A stretch of DNA of 64,000 bases from Pseudobacteriovorax sp. (GTDB lineage: Bacteria; Bdellovibrionota_B; Oligoflexia; Oligoflexales; Oligoflexaceae), in assembly GCA_050293845.1 (NCBI GenBank), contig JBNKNM010000001.1:41552-105551 (forward strand). The letters are read 5' to 3'. A model generated the notes under the pieces. That model was not told the origin of the DNA and did no database searches. It saw nothing but the letters and a program-made list of their open reading frames with translations. The translations under genes and the position numbers were made by a program. Positions 50,504 through 61,195 of the stretch are shown piece by piece (the stretch's first letter is position 1; every line of letters begins with the position of its first letter).

Positions 50504-51493
50504 CTATTGAATTTCTATGCTCATATCGAATGTACTACCCCCACGGGTAATCCGAACCTCAATGTCTTTTGCCGACTTAAGTTGCTGCAATAGACGAATC
50601 GCTCCTGCCGCATCTCGCAGCGGAATTCCATTTATTTCTTCTATGACATCCTGGTTTTGAAAACCTGCCTTTTCGTATATGGAAGCCTCGCGAATACGAG
50701 TCAGCCTAAACCCTCTTAGCTCACCATTCACCATATTTGGCTCAGCTTTGGCATCCTGAAGAATTTTAGCCATATTCTCAGAGTTAAGAATGTTCCTCTT
50801 GAACTCTTCAGTGATGACAATTTCGTTACTTTTCCTTTGAAAGCCATCCTCTTGATAGGAATCCGGTGGGGGTTTTGTAGCAAGCCGCGAGAGTCGTGGT
50901 CCGCGACTGGAACTGCCTTTTTTCCTTCTAGTTCGCACCAGTTCAAAGGGCTCAACTTCGATATATTCCCGTCGCCCATCAACTTCTAAAATAACGCGAT
51001 CTTCGTAGACTTCCACCAACTTTGCTTCCTTAGTTACCATATCTTCTACAACAAAGTAATCGGTCTTGCGCTTTTGTGTATTTTCAAGGGTAGCCAATCC
51101 CAGCTTGGGATCTCCTCCAAAAATAATGCCACGAACCTTTAGGGGTAAATTTGACTTGACCAACTGCCCGGTAGAAACCATGTCATTTTTACTTATTTCA
51201 GGTTCCTCTAGACCGAGAGCTCCTTCACTATTAAAGATATTTCGCTGTAAAATCACCCGCGAATCTTCTTTACTTAAGCCTTTTTCAGGTAGATCAATCT
51301 TCGCTCTGCCTCTGTAGATGTTGGAACCTTTACTATTGGTAGGTACGATGAAGTATGCAATCCCCATGGAAGCCGCTGAGGCGATAAGAAAGGATGAAAC
51401 AATAGAGACCGCGACACTTTTGAGGGAAAGGTTCTGCAATATTTCGATTATTTTTTTGTTTTTTACCTCAAATTGCACCAAAATCCTCAGCAA
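50504..51493 (-). CDS. gspC: GspC (HR + PDZ), copy 1
   Basis: TM, RNIFNS, LKVRGII, DRVILE.DGRRE, GFRL, GFQNQDVIEEING. Confidence 0.82.
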   Translation of the reverse strand: MLRILVQFEVKNKKIIEILQNLSLKSVAVSIVSSFLIASAASMGIAYFIVPTNSKGSNIYRGRAKIDLPEKGLSKEDSRVILQRNIFNSEGALGLEEPEISKNDMVSTGQLVKSNLPLKVRGIIFGGDPKLGLATLENTQKRKTDYFVVEDMVTKEAKLVEVYEDRVILEVDGRREYIEVEPFELVRTRRKKGSSSRGPRLSRLATKPPPDSYQEDGFQRKSNEIVITEEFKRNILNSENMAKILQDAKAEPNMVNGELRGFRLTRIREASIYEKAGFQNQDVIEEINGIPLRDAAGAIRLLQQLKSAKDIEVRITRGGSTFDMSIEIQ

Positions 51494-51573
51494 TGTTATT
51501 AGGTCAACAAAGGCACCTCATCATATTTGTCAGTTAATGAAGCAAAGATGAGACCTTCTGATTTTATAGTATA

Positions 51574-52218
51574 TCAGTGTTGTTCCTCGCCATCTTGGCT
51601 CTTATCTCGTAGTAGCATCGATTTTATAAACTGAGCACAGGTATCAACCGTTACATAACTGCAGCTCAGTGTGAAGTCGGCCTCATCAAATCGGCCCTGC
51701 CTACGCAACATAATTTCATCTAACTTGCTCTGAATGAAATGTGCCCGCTCTTTTAGATTTTCAATCGATAGTGCGTCACGTAGAAGGGGGCGATTTTTTA
51801 ATGCATCGGGATCGTCCATTAAGCGCTTAGTCACTTCTGAGGTAGGGGTTGCTAGCCAAACCATTGGCCCTAGAGCTTTTAGGATCTGCCAATTTTTTTC
51901 GGACTCAATAGCGCCTCCGCCAGTTACTATGACGTGATTACGAATGGTTTGAACCATCTGAATCACCTCCGACTCACGCTCACGGAAGCCAGACTCTCCC
52001 TCTTCCATGAAGATCCTTGGAATTGTTTTTTGCGCTAACCTTTCGATTTGTGCATCGATGTCCATAAGCCCAAAATCGAGAATCCTTGCCAGTTGAAAAC
52101 CAACAGTAGTTTTTCCAGAAGCGGTACCACCCACAAGTACTATGTTGGGCATGGAGAGACGGTTAAGAACCTTTTCACTATTTTTACTAGATTGAGTTGT
52201 ATTAGTATTGCTTTCCAA
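51574..52218 (-). CDS. aroK: Shikimate kinase
   Basis: NIVLVG...SGKTTVG, D.D..IE, GESGFRERE, TGGG, RPLL. Confidence 0.9.
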   Translation of the reverse strand: MESNTNTTQSSKNSEKVLNRLSMPNIVLVGGTASGKTTVGFQLARILDFGLMDIDAQIERLAQKTIPRIFMEEGESGFRERESEVIQMVQTIRNHVIVTGGGAIESEKNWQILKALGPMVWLATPTSEVTKRLMDDPDALKNRPLLRDALSIENLKERAHFIQSKLDEIMLRRQGRFDEADFTLSCSYVTVDTCAQFIKSMLLRDKSQDGEEQH

Positions 52219-52375
52219 ACTTTAAAAACCACTAGCCTTCCACATAAAGTCGCAGCTAAAAACAGCTAAAAATGCCCGGTTAATGTATCCTAATTTCAAT
52301 GTCTTGGATACTTGAAAAGCTCCAAGAAGCTCCAAAAGTCAAGTACTTTACATAAACAAACTTCAGGATCGAGCT

Positions 52376-53140
52376 ATGTACCTTAAAAGAACCGTCAGAG
52401 ATAATTATATAGAATGGCGCATCCAAAGACCAGAGCGACGCAACGGACTAGGTATTTCCATCGGCCAAGAACTTTATAATGCCCTGTTACAACTTGAAAA
52501 CAGTTTACAGAAACAACAAAAAACGCGCGCCCTTGTCGTCAGTGCTACTCCCACTCCCACTAAACTTGGCAAAGTATGGATTGCTGGAGGAGATTTAAAG
52601 GAACTCAGCCTTTTATCGAAAAAAATTGACGGACATAATTATGCCCGCCTCTACCACGATATCTGCCAAAAAATGGAGTTTCTTCCCATACCTGTCATTT
52701 TTGCAATCGACGGCCAAGCTATCGGTGGTGGCATCGAGCTGGCTCTTGCTGGTGATATCAGGATTGCAACCCATAGCTCCAGTTTTCATTTCAAACAAAC
52801 TCGTATTGGCCTTGCTAGCGGTTATGGCGGAGCTACAAGGTTATCATCTTTGGTCGGACAAAGTCGCGCCATGTTTTGGCTGTTACAAAGCTCCACCGTA
52901 GATAGTCATACCGCAGAATCTACAGGCTTAATCCACAAAACTTGCGCTAATGACCAACTAGAATCCACCCTTGAGCAGGTTGTAGAGAATATTTGCCAAT
53001 CGCCTTACCAATCAATTCAGGTGCAAAAGCAGATGTTACGCCCCCAAGCCTCAGGAGCACTCTCCCGCGAGTTAGACCTATTTACGGAATTATGGATGAA
53101 TCCGGATCATGAAAAATTTTTACGGACATTCAATCAATGA
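52376..53140 (+). CDS. Enoyl-CoA hydratase/isomerase (crotonase) family protein
   Basis: RPERRN, AGGDLKE, AIGGGIELALAGDIRIA, GGATRL. Confidence 0.88.
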   Translation: MYLKRTVRDNYIEWRIQRPERRNGLGISIGQELYNALLQLENSLQKQQKTRALVVSATPTPTKLGKVWIAGGDLKELSLLSKKIDGHNYARLYHDICQKMEFLPIPVIFAIDGQAIGGGIELALAGDIRIATHSSSFHFKQTRIGLASGYGGATRLSSLVGQSRAMFWLLQSSTVDSHTAESTGLIHKTCANDQLESTLEQVVENICQSPYQSIQVQKQMLRPQASGALSRELDLFTELWMNPDHEKFLRTFNQ

Positions 53141-53932
53141 GCGCCATAATCGCTCAGGAACAATAGGCGCCTGGCTATTCACCTGAATCAAGAGACTTTG
53201 GAGCTGCTCCCGCGGAAACTTTGCCCAAGATAAATGCAAAGGATGTTGCGGCAAATCCGGGCGTGGCGCTTTTCCACACAGGATACCCAGATTCTGGCAA
53301 AGTCGCTTCCATAGGGGTTGCCACTTTTCTGGTATTTCAGTCAGTTCCAAAGCAAACTTCGGGTAAGCTATTCTAGTAAAAATCAAAGTGGCAGCAAGGT
53401 CGACTTCAGCCACAGATTGCGAGCTAATACTATAGAGGTAACTCTCCTCAAGCCTCAGGGAAGCCGTAACATGGGATGCCCCAAAAAACTGCCAGGTTTT
53501 TGCAAGTTGACCAGGGACAGGCTGCATACCATACCAAGGGTAAGGTATGCTCAGCCAATCACAGCCTTGCACTTCCGCCCAACTATGAAGAACCGCACCA
53601 CTTCCGGCAGCGACCAATCCACATGAAGAGCCCTGCCACCGCGCAAGATACAGCCATAAGCCTTTATAGCAAGGTATTTTATAGGGGGTACTGAGATCGT
53701 TGAACTCATCGCTGCATATGGTAACAGATTGTTGATCAGCAGATAGCTTCAAACAACTGTTATCGAGAGGCGTACACTGCCATGGGAAAGGCAGCTTGTA
53801 TTCCCAGCCCTGCAAACCATACTTAATGAAGTATCCTGTTTGCTCATGGCCTTCAAAGCTTAAAGATACAGCTGAAGCGTTACTGGGATAATCTCCCCTA
53901 ATCATTGAGAGTATAAATCCCTTTTCAGACAT
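53120..53932 (-). CDS. Hypothetical protein
   Basis: ATG at 53932 overlaps the ychF stop (ATGTCTGA); no recognised motif. Confidence 0.55.
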   Translation of the reverse strand: MSEKGFILSMIRGDYPSNASAVSLSFEGHEQTGYFIKYGLQGWEYKLPFPWQCTPLDNSCLKLSADQQSVTICSDEFNDLSTPYKIPCYKGLWLYLARWQGSSCGLVAAGSGAVLHSWAEVQGCDWLSIPYPWYGMQPVPGQLAKTWQFFGASHVTASLRLEESYLYSISSQSVAEVDLAATLIFTRIAYPKFALELTEIPEKWQPLWKRLCQNLGILCGKAPRPDLPQHPLHLSWAKFPREQLQSLLIQVNSQAPIVPERLWRSLIECP

Positions 53933-55043
53933 TGAAACGAAACTCGATGACATCACCATCTTTCACGACATAATCGCGACCTTCCTGACGGACCAATCCA
54001 AGCTGTTTGAGCTTTGCGCGACTCCCTGCCTGTTCTAGGTCGCTAATTGCATATACTTCTGCACAAATGAAACCTCTTTCAAAGTCTGAGTGGATTTTTC
54101 CGGCGGCAACTGGTGCCTTATCCCCAACTTTGATGGTCCAAGCACGAATCTCCTTTTCACCCGCCGTGAAATAAGTTTGCAAACCTAAGAGTCCGTAGCC
54201 ATCTCTTATCAGCCGGTCTAAGCCCGCTTCACTCATATCCAGACCAGCGATCATTTCCGCTTTTTCCTCTGGTTCTAAAAGGCTCAATTCCTCTTCAATT
54301 TTGCCACAAATGATGGTGATTCCTGCACCTTCAGAGATAGCCTTTTCCTTCACAAGCTTCGTAAATTCGTTATCGGTATCACCCGCAGCTAATTCTTCAT
54401 CAACGTTACAAACATAAAGCACCTTTTTGCTAGTGATGAGGTGTAACTCGCGGAAAGCATCAAAAACAGCTGTTTCATCGCCCGCATGCTCCTGCAAGGA
54501 AAATGCTCGTGCCGGCTTGGAGTTTTGCATGAAAGCATTTAATGCTTCAAGCATGGCTAGGATTTGGGGGATTTCTTTCTTTTGGGTTTTGGCTAACTTT
54601 TGGTAGCGATTAATTGCATTTTCAACAGTTTGAATATCGGCAAGGACCAGCTCCGTTTCGATAATCTCTATATCGCGGATGGGGTCAACACTACCTTCTA
54701 CATGGGTAATATCACCAGAGTCAAAACAGCGAACGACATGGGCTATAGCATCGGTTTGCCGGATATGACCCAGAAACTGGTTACCTAAACCTTCACCAGC
54801 CGCTGCTCCACGAACCAACCCTGCTATATCAACAAACTCCATGAAAGCAGGGACAATGCGCTGTGACTTTACGTATTCATCTAATTTCTGCAACCTTGCG
54901 TCAGGCACATCCACCCTCCCAACATTGGGATCGATGGTACAGAACGGGTAATTTGCCGAAGCCGCTCCTGCTGAAGTCAGCGCATTAAAGATAGTGGACT
55001 TACCAACATTGGGTAGCCCGACGATGCCACATTTAAAACCCAT
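53925..55043 (-). CDS. ychF: Ribosome-binding ATPase YchF
   Basis: [51 protein letters not shown]. Confidence 0.97.
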   Translation of the reverse strand: MGFKCGIVGLPNVGKSTIFNALTSAGAASANYPFCTIDPNVGRVDVPDARLQKLDEYVKSQRIVPAFMEFVDIAGLVRGAAAGEGLGNQFLGHIRQTDAIAHVVRCFDSGDITHVEGSVDPIRDIEIIETELVLADIQTVENAINRYQKLAKTQKKEIPQILAMLEALNAFMQNSKPARAFSLQEHAGDETAVFDAFRELHLITSKKVLYVCNVDEELAAGDTDNEFTKLVKEKAISEGAGITIICGKIEEELSLLEPEEKAEMIAGLDMSEAGLDRLIRDGYGLLGLQTYFTAGEKEIRAWTIKVGDKAPVAAGKIHSDFERGFICAEVYAISDLEQAGSRAKLKQLGLVRQEGRDYVVKDGDVIEFRFNV

Positions 55044-55044
55044 A

Positions 55045-55536
55045 TTAACTCCGCATATTTACAAATTGAAGGGGGGCACCTAGGTCCTGCCCTTTTAATG
55101 TTTGTATAACAAGCTGCAGATCATCAATCTTCTTTCCCGTGATCCTGACCTGATCATCCTGCTGCTGTACCTGCACTTTAATCTTGCTGTCCTTAATTAT
55201 TTTTGTAATTTTTTTGGTTGTCTCTTTTTCCAAACCCACCTTTAGTGTTACAATCTGCTTCAGTAAGTTGCCGCTTATTTCTGTCTCATTACCATATTCC
55301 AGAGCCCGAAGATCCACACTGCGTTTCACTAGTTTCTGCTCAAGGATTTGATGGATAGAACGCAATTTCATATCATCATCAGCGATAATCTTGATACTTT
55401 TCTCATCTCGGGAAAAGCTGATCTCTGATTTGCCACCACGAAAATCAAAGCGATTGCTGATTTCCTTGGATGCTTGATTTACAGCATTATCTACTTCTTG
55501 TAGATCAACTTCGCTAACCACATCGAAAGAAGGCAT
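55045..55536 (-). CDS. yajQ: YajQ-family nucleotide/cyclic-di-GMP-binding protein
   Basis: MPSFDVVSEVD.QEVDNAVNQ, RFDF, GKKIDDLQ, LQFVN. Confidence 0.95.
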   Translation of the reverse strand: MPSFDVVSEVDLQEVDNAVNQASKEISNRFDFRGGKSEISFSRDEKSIKIIADDDMKLRSIHQILEQKLVKRSVDLRALEYGNETEISGNLLKQIVTLKVGLEKETTKKITKIIKDSKIKVQVQQQDDQVRITGKKIDDLQLVIQTLKGQDLGAPLQFVNMRS

Positions 55537-55632
55537 GATAAAATTCTCCTAACAAGGACTTCATGACAGAGTCGTCTAATATCAAAAAATATTGGAATGA
55601 CAAACCATTGTTTTCTCATTGGAGATGACACA

Positions 55633-56769
55633 ATGCATCTCAAATTTCTAGCGAGCCCCTTTATATTCTGCTTACTATGTCTTTATGGTATTGCAGGAAC
55701 AAAAAAAGACAGCCTAACCCCTACCAATGCTACATGGCGTTCGGAAAGGGAAAGCTATCACAAATGCCGCAAGGATGTTTTATTGAAACTTGGTAAAGGT
55801 AAAAAGAAAAATAAAAAAAACCTTAAGCGAGCCAAGAAATCGATACAAAACTGTCGCGCTATGTTTCCTGAATCTGCTGCCCTTACCCTATGTAGGAAAA
55901 GAGCTTTCAAGGATTTTAAAGATCGCGCGAACTATATTCCTACAGCTTTGAAAGAGTGCCGCCACGAGTACAAGAAGATGCGATTTTCACCCCAAGCTTA
56001 TCAGCCTATTAGACGATACCGTGGATACATTATTTTTGCTGGAGCCAACCTGGCCGATACCCGCTATTTTTCTAAAAAACAGATCTTATCTTCTAGCAAT
56101 TATTCCTTAAACACCTCTTATTTTGACTGCAACAAGCTCAAACTTGTATTAACCAAAAAGGAGAAGCCCGAATACCTACTCTTTGGCAACAGGCTAAGCC
56201 ATTACATACCACTTAGCAACATCCCTTTCCCAAAACTTAGACAGCACTTAGAGCCAAAGCTTACCAAAAATACTGAGGATATTACCCATAAGACGCTGGG
56301 ATTGCTTCATTTCAACAAAAAAGATAACAATATTATTAGCTATTTACCAAGCACTCCCTGTAGTTTTCAGCCTGACGCCCAGAGCCCATTTGAAGCTGTG
56401 AAACTCTACTACATTCCTGACGTTGTAAAAAAGACAGCAACCCCCTACTTTGCCATTGCATTCTATAAAGAAAACTCTAAAATACCGCTTTCCCAGCTTA
56501 CTGAGGAGGTGAGTCGCGAGCTGGGTGACAGCTTTCAAGTGATCCGTGGCAAGGGTGATATGACCTTTATTGCAGAAAAGCCTATCCAATACTTTGACCA
56601 CGAGGGCGACCCTAAAGATCTTTGTAAGTTTCCTCGCGAGCACAGTCTTGTAGCTGCCATTGCAAGCAAGCAAGAATATGCACGCTACCTATTGCTGAGC
56701 AATATCAGGAACCAATGTAACATGGGTGATAGGCTCGCGAGTCGCTTTTTACGAAAAGCTTCAAAATAA
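55633..56769 (+). CDS. Hypothetical exported, Lys- and Cys-rich protein
   Basis: GGAG then ATG 55633; signal peptide; repeated Cys-Arg helical motifs. Confidence 0.6.
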   Translation: MHLKFLASPFIFCLLCLYGIAGTKKDSLTPTNATWRSERESYHKCRKDVLLKLGKGKKKNKKNLKRAKKSIQNCRAMFPESAALTLCRKRAFKDFKDRANYIPTALKECRHEYKKMRFSPQAYQPIRRYRGYIIFAGANLADTRYFSKKQILSSSNYSLNTSYFDCNKLKLVLTKKEKPEYLLFGNRLSHYIPLSNIPFPKLRQHLEPKLTKNTEDITHKTLGLLHFNKKDNNIISYLPSTPCSFQPDAQSPFEAVKLYYIPDVVKKTATPYFAIAFYKENSKIPLSQLTEEVSRELGDSFQVIRGKGDMTFIAEKPIQYFDHEGDPKDLCKFPREHSLVAAIASKQEYARYLLLSNIRNQCNMGDRLASRFLRKASK

Positions 56770-56812
56770 CTAATCTTTAATCATCTTTATATTGATACAT
56801 ATTGGAGTTAAA

Positions 56813-57010
56813 ATGCCAGGAATTCGATTAAGGGGCGATGAACCTATTGAGATAATCCTAAAAAAGTTTAAAAAACAAACTGAAAAAGCTGGAATACTTT
56901 CAGACTTTAAAAAGAGAGAAGCCTATGAAAAGCCATCAATTAAGCACAAGCGCAAAGTGGCAGCCGCTCGTAAACGTACTTTAAAAAAACTCCGTAAGTT
57001 AGGCGAATAA
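56813..57010 (+). CDS. rpsU: 30S ribosomal protein S21
   Basis: LKKFKKQ.EKAGILS...[16 protein letters not shown]. Confidence 0.95.
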   Translation: MPGIRLRGDEPIEIILKKFKKQTEKAGILSDFKKREAYEKPSIKHKRKVAAARKRTLKKLRKLGE

Positions 57011-57043
57011 TAATGATGGCCTAGCTGTCTAAAGTGGGGCCTT

Positions 57044-58834
57044 ATGTCCATTGATATTGCTAAAAGACGCATCCTAGCCAAAGTTCCTCTCGCCGATTTA
57101 ATTGGCGAGAGTGTCAAACTCACCACGAGAAGTGGCCGCGCCATGGGGCTGTGCCCCTTTCATGGAGAAAAAACACCAAGTTTTACAATCTTTGACGACC
57201 ATTACTTTTGTTTTGGCTGTCGCGCCCATGGAGACGCCATTGAGTTCGTCCGTAAGACACGCGGCATGGGCTTTGTGGAAACCCTAAAATACTTAGCTGA
57301 GAAATTTAATGTCGATGTTCCGGAGCTTTCAGAAAACTCCCAATATGAAAGGGATCGCAAACAGACAAACCAGCTATTCCGTGCTCTTCAGCTGAGCCAC
57401 GAATATTTTAGGCATGCCGTTAAAGATAACACAGCCGTCATAGAATACTTAAGGAATAGAGGTTTCTCCCAGGATAATATCGACAATTTTGAGTTTGGTT
57501 ACGCCCCGGATAAGAGACAAGGCCTAGTAAACTATCTACTGCAAAGAGGCATATCTATTCAAGATGCCGTCACAGCTTCGGTGGCTACAACGTCTGGCAA
57601 AGACCTGCAAACATATGATTTCTTTCGCCATCGGCTGATGATCCCCATACATGACCAGCATGGCCGCTTGATAGCGTTTGGCGGTAGAACCATGGGGGAC
57701 GACCTTGCCAAATACAAAAACAGCCGCGAAACACCTCTGTTCGATAAATCTCATATTCTGTTTGGACTCGATCACGCCCGTACGGCGATTCGCCAAAAAA
57801 AGCGTGCCATAGTTGTTGAAGGTTACATGGATGCCTTGCAATTATGGAACCATGGCTTCCATGAAACCGTAGCCTGCCTAGGTACTGCCCTAACCCCTAT
57901 TCATATGCAACGCTTAGCTCAGCTCACAGGACAGATTATATTGTTTTTTGACGGAGACAAAGCAGGAGAACGAGCTAGCTTGCGTGCTGTAACCCAAGCC
58001 CTCGAAGTACCTAAGGCCGAGTTCAAGGTGGCTCGACTACCTCAAAACCATGATCCAGACTCTTTTCTCAAAGCCCATGGTGCTAGCACCTTAGAACATG
58101 AAGTTCTCACGCAATCCCAAGACCTTTTGGATTTCGCCATTACAGCTAAAATAGGTAAATCTCATGACCTAGCCATCCCTGACTTAGTAGATCAGGACAT
58201 TGTACCCTGGTTGAAATCTGTTCGTGACCCCATTAAGAGATCCTATCTTGCTGGAAAAGCATCTCAGCTAAGTGGCATCTCCAGAGATATTATAGATAAC
58301 GCGCTAAAATTACGCAATCAGCAAAAGGAGCGGCAGGAAGCCCCTCCTCCGACAAAAACTCCCAAAGAAGCCGAGCCAAAGCGCTTCAGCCGAAAACTAA
58401 GCCCCATTGAGTATGACTTCTTGGGTCACCTCTACCTGGCTAGCCCCGGAGAGCTTGACTTGGAAGAAATCAAGAACCATCTGGCTCTGGATCTGGAGTT
58501 AGAACCACTCTGGGTAGATTTGGCACAAGAGCTGATCAAAGCTCTGAAAACAGATAAAAATCCAGCCGAGCTAAACATCTCCCATTGGATTTCTGCATCT
58601 GAAGTTGCTACAATACGGTTATTAGAAAGTTATCGGCATAAAAAAAACGCTTTTGTATGCGAGGATCGGCGCTCGCTCGTGAAGAAAATTGTGAAAACTC
58701 TCAGAATCAACCAGCTTTCTAGCACCCGTCAGAGCCTAAAATCACGTCTTTTAGACGCTGACCTGGGCCAACAAACTGAGATTTTATCAGCTATTAATAA
58801 ATTAAATAGTGAAATTAGAGTCCTTGAAAGGTAG
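57044..58834 (+). CDS. dnaG: DNA primase
   Basis: CPFHGEKTPSF..CFGC zinc finger, FGGR, KYKNS.ET, EGYMD, FDGDKAG, DPD. Confidence 0.97.
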   Translation: MSIDIAKRRILAKVPLADLIGESVKLTTRSGRAMGLCPFHGEKTPSFTIFDDHYFCFGCRAHGDAIEFVRKTRGMGFVETLKYLAEKFNVDVPELSENSQYERDRKQTNQLFRALQLSHEYFRHAVKDNTAVIEYLRNRGFSQDNIDNFEFGYAPDKRQGLVNYLLQRGISIQDAVTASVATTSGKDLQTYDFFRHRLMIPIHDQHGRLIAFGGRTMGDDLAKYKNSRETPLFDKSHILFGLDHARTAIRQKKRAIVVEGYMDALQLWNHGFHETVACLGTALTPIHMQRLAQLTGQIILFFDGDKAGERASLRAVTQALEVPKAEFKVARLPQNHDPDSFLKAHGASTLEHEVLTQSQDLLDFAITAKIGKSHDLAIPDLVDQDIVPWLKSVRDPIKRSYLAGKASQLSGISRDIIDNALKLRNQQKERQEAPPPTKTPKEAEPKRFSRKLSPIEYDFLGHLYLASPGELDLEEIKNHLALDLELEPLWVDLAQELIKALKTDKNPAELNISHWISASEVATIRLLESYRHKKNAFVCEDRRSLVKKIVKTLRINQLSSTRQSLKSRLLDADLGQQTEILSAINKLNSEIRVLER

Positions 58835-59000
58835 AATACCATTTTTTTCAAAATAGATTCATTGCAATTTTGCAATCAAACCTATATACCTATAAAGGTG
58901 TGTATTTTAGAATACCGTCTTTGCTTGGATTAAGTCCGAGCAATTTTTTTTCCTTTCAGCGAGACTACCTTAAAATTAATTTCGGAGAGATTTTCTGCCT

Positions 59001-60980
59001 ATGGCTACTAAAAAGAAAACTGCCAGCAAGGCCGCTAAGGAACCGTCTAAATCCGCCAAAAAGACGAGCACAAAGAAAAAGGCCACCAAAAAGGTTAGCT
59101 CAACAGCATCAACCAAAAAGAAAGCGACTAAAAAAGTTACGACGCAAGAAGCGCTCAAGCAAGCTCAACCTCTTACAGAAAAAGCAGCACAAGCTAAGAC
59201 AGGTATTGTTGCTGACTTAGAAAATAGGCTCGAAGACAAAGGTACTCTCACCTTTAAGGATGTCTCCTTAGCAATTCCAGAAGACCTTCACAGCCCCGAG
59301 CTTATACAAGCTGTATTGATAGAACTCAAAACAAAGGGAGTCGCGTTACAAGACACTGTCCGCGACACCATCGACAACTCTCAAGTAAGCGAAATCATCA
59401 TTGATGAAAATAACTTCTCTGATAGTTCCATCAGTGATGACACAGACACCGATATTTCTGATGATGCTTCGTCGGATGAACAAGGTAGTGATAGCGGCAA
59501 AGTCTCCCCTAAGGTCAAGGAGCCGGCCAAAAAGGAAATTAAACCCGATGATTTTGGCAAATCCAATGATCCTGTGAGAATTTACCTGCGCAAAATGGGA
59601 AGCGTCGCCCTATTAAGTCGTGAAGGCGAAGTTGTCATTGCCAAGAAAATCGAGGCTGAGGAAAATAGGATACTCTCCCACTTACTACAGCTACAAATAG
59701 GCCGTGAAACGATCGTGGATGCAGCGCGGAAGTTTGTTGCTGGTGAAATCCGCATGAAAGGCTTCATTAAAGGCTTCGATGACGATGAAGCTTCTTCTAA
59801 CGAAGAAGCCCACTCTGATAAACTGAAAAAAACTACCGAAGAATTTTTAGAGCACTATGACAGATTCGAAGCAGCTATTAATAAAAATAGCAAAAATTCA
59901 AGCGAGTTAGGCAATAAGGTCTTTGAGATTCTTAGGGATCTCAATATTAACCGTAAGCTAATGCTCAGTGTCATCGAATCTCTTGCCGAATATAGCAACA
60001 GCTTAAGAGAGGCGGAGCAGGATATCGCTTACTATGCAAAGCGCATGAGCTGTTCCCGTAATGAGCTGGTAATCCATATTAATAAGACCCCGCAGACCCC
60101 ATACGGTCAGTCAACAGATCGTGAGTGGCAACGGGTGCTAAGGAATGTATCAGCTGCCTTAGAAACCCTTGATCGGATTACTAAAGAAACCGAGATGGAG
60201 CCCCAAAAGCTCATCCAACATTATTCCGCGCTGGCAAGTATGCAGCGCTCCGCTGAGGCCGCCAAGAAAGAATTGGTTGAAGCCAACCTAAGACTAGTGG
60301 TTTCCATCGCTAAAAAATATACCAATAGGGGTTTACAGTTCCTCGACCTCATCCAGGAAGGCAACATTGGTTTGATGAAGGCTGTGGAAAAATTTGAATA
60401 CCGGAGGGGTTATAAGTTTTCTACTTATGCAACCTGGTGGATTCGTCAGGCGATCACCCGGGCCATTGCCGACCAGGCAAGAACCATTCGTATTCCGGTC
60501 CATATGATCGAGACCATTAATAAACTGATCCGTACCAGTCGCTACCTGGTTCAGGAAATGGGGCGCGAGCCAACTCCTGAAGAAATTGCAGCCCGCATGG
60601 AAATGTCCGTCGACAAGGTACGTAAAGTGTTAAAAATTGCCATCGAGCCGATCTCCCTAGAGACTCCCATCGGTGAGGAGGAGGATAACCACATAGGGGA
60701 CTTCCTAGAAGATAAGACCCAAAACTCACCATCTGAATCGGTAATTTCAGGCAGCTTGGAAGAGCAAACCACAAAGGCGCTAGCAACCCTAACCCCAAGG
60801 GAAGAAAAGGTTCTTCGCATGCGCTTTGGTATCGGTGAGCGCAGCGATCATACTCTTGAGGAAGTTGGTCAAAACTTCGATGTTACGCGGGAGCGTATAC
60901 GCCAAATTGAAGCTAAAGCGCTGCGCAAATTACGCCACCCTTCCCGGAGCAAAAAGTTACGAGCATTTATTGAAAGTTAA
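59001..60980 (+). CDS. rpoD: Primary sigma factor sigma-70
   Basis: [52 protein letters not shown]. Confidence 0.98.
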   Translation: MATKKKTASKAAKEPSKSAKKTSTKKKATKKVSSTASTKKKATKKVTTQEALKQAQPLTEKAAQAKTGIVADLENRLEDKGTLTFKDVSLAIPEDLHSPELIQAVLIELKTKGVALQDTVRDTIDNSQVSEIIIDENNFSDSSISDDTDTDISDDASSDEQGSDSGKVSPKVKEPAKKEIKPDDFGKSNDPVRIYLRKMGSVALLSREGEVVIAKKIEAEENRILSHLLQLQIGRETIVDAARKFVAGEIRMKGFIKGFDDDEASSNEEAHSDKLKKTTEEFLEHYDRFEAAINKNSKNSSELGNKVFEILRDLNINRKLMLSVIESLAEYSNSLREAEQDIAYYAKRMSCSRNELVIHINKTPQTPYGQSTDREWQRVLRNVSAALETLDRITKETEMEPQKLIQHYSALASMQRSAEAAKKELVEANLRLVVSIAKKYTNRGLQFLDLIQEGNIGLMKAVEKFEYRRGYKFSTYATWWIRQAITRAIADQARTIRIPVHMIETINKLIRTSRYLVQEMGREPTPEEIAARMEMSVDKVRKVLKIAIEPISLETPIGEEEDNHIGDFLEDKTQNSPSESVISGSLEEQTTKALATLTPREEKVLRMRFGIGERSDHTLEEVGQNFDVTRERIRQIEAKALRKLRHPSRSKKLRAFIES

Positions 60981-61036
60981 CGCTAGTTTTCCGTTGTTTA
61001 ACGGAACATCTTTTGGTAGTTTCTACCTTCCAACGG

Positions 61037-61113
61037 GGGATGATAGCTCAGTTGGTTAGAGCAGCCGGCTCATAACCGGCTGGTCCGGGGTTCGAGTCCC
61101 TGTCATCCCACCA
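61037..61113 (+). tRNA. tRNA with CAT anticodon, most likely tRNA-Ile2 (lysidine); elongator Met not excluded
   Basis: Acceptor GGGATGA/TCATCCC, D arm GCTC/GAGC, anticodon arm GCCGG-CTCATAA-CCGGC, TTCGA loop, ACCA end; position after rpoD resembles E. coli ileX. Confidence 0.93.
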
Positions 61114-61195
61114 TCCCGCTCTAAACTCGAAGCAAAACTCCTACTTACAAAATTTTAGAAACTCGATTAGGTGATGACTCAGGTGCCCCTTTTTC

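Noticed and set aside
58870..59220. 116-aa basic ORF overlapping the rpoD start
   Set aside because: Alternate-frame read of the low-complexity Lys-rich rpoD 5' region; no RBS
60989..61006. TTCCGTT/AACGGAA hairpin after rpoD as a terminator
   Set aside because: Short stem with no immediately adjacent U-tract; may be a processing or pause site before the tRNA, too weak to call
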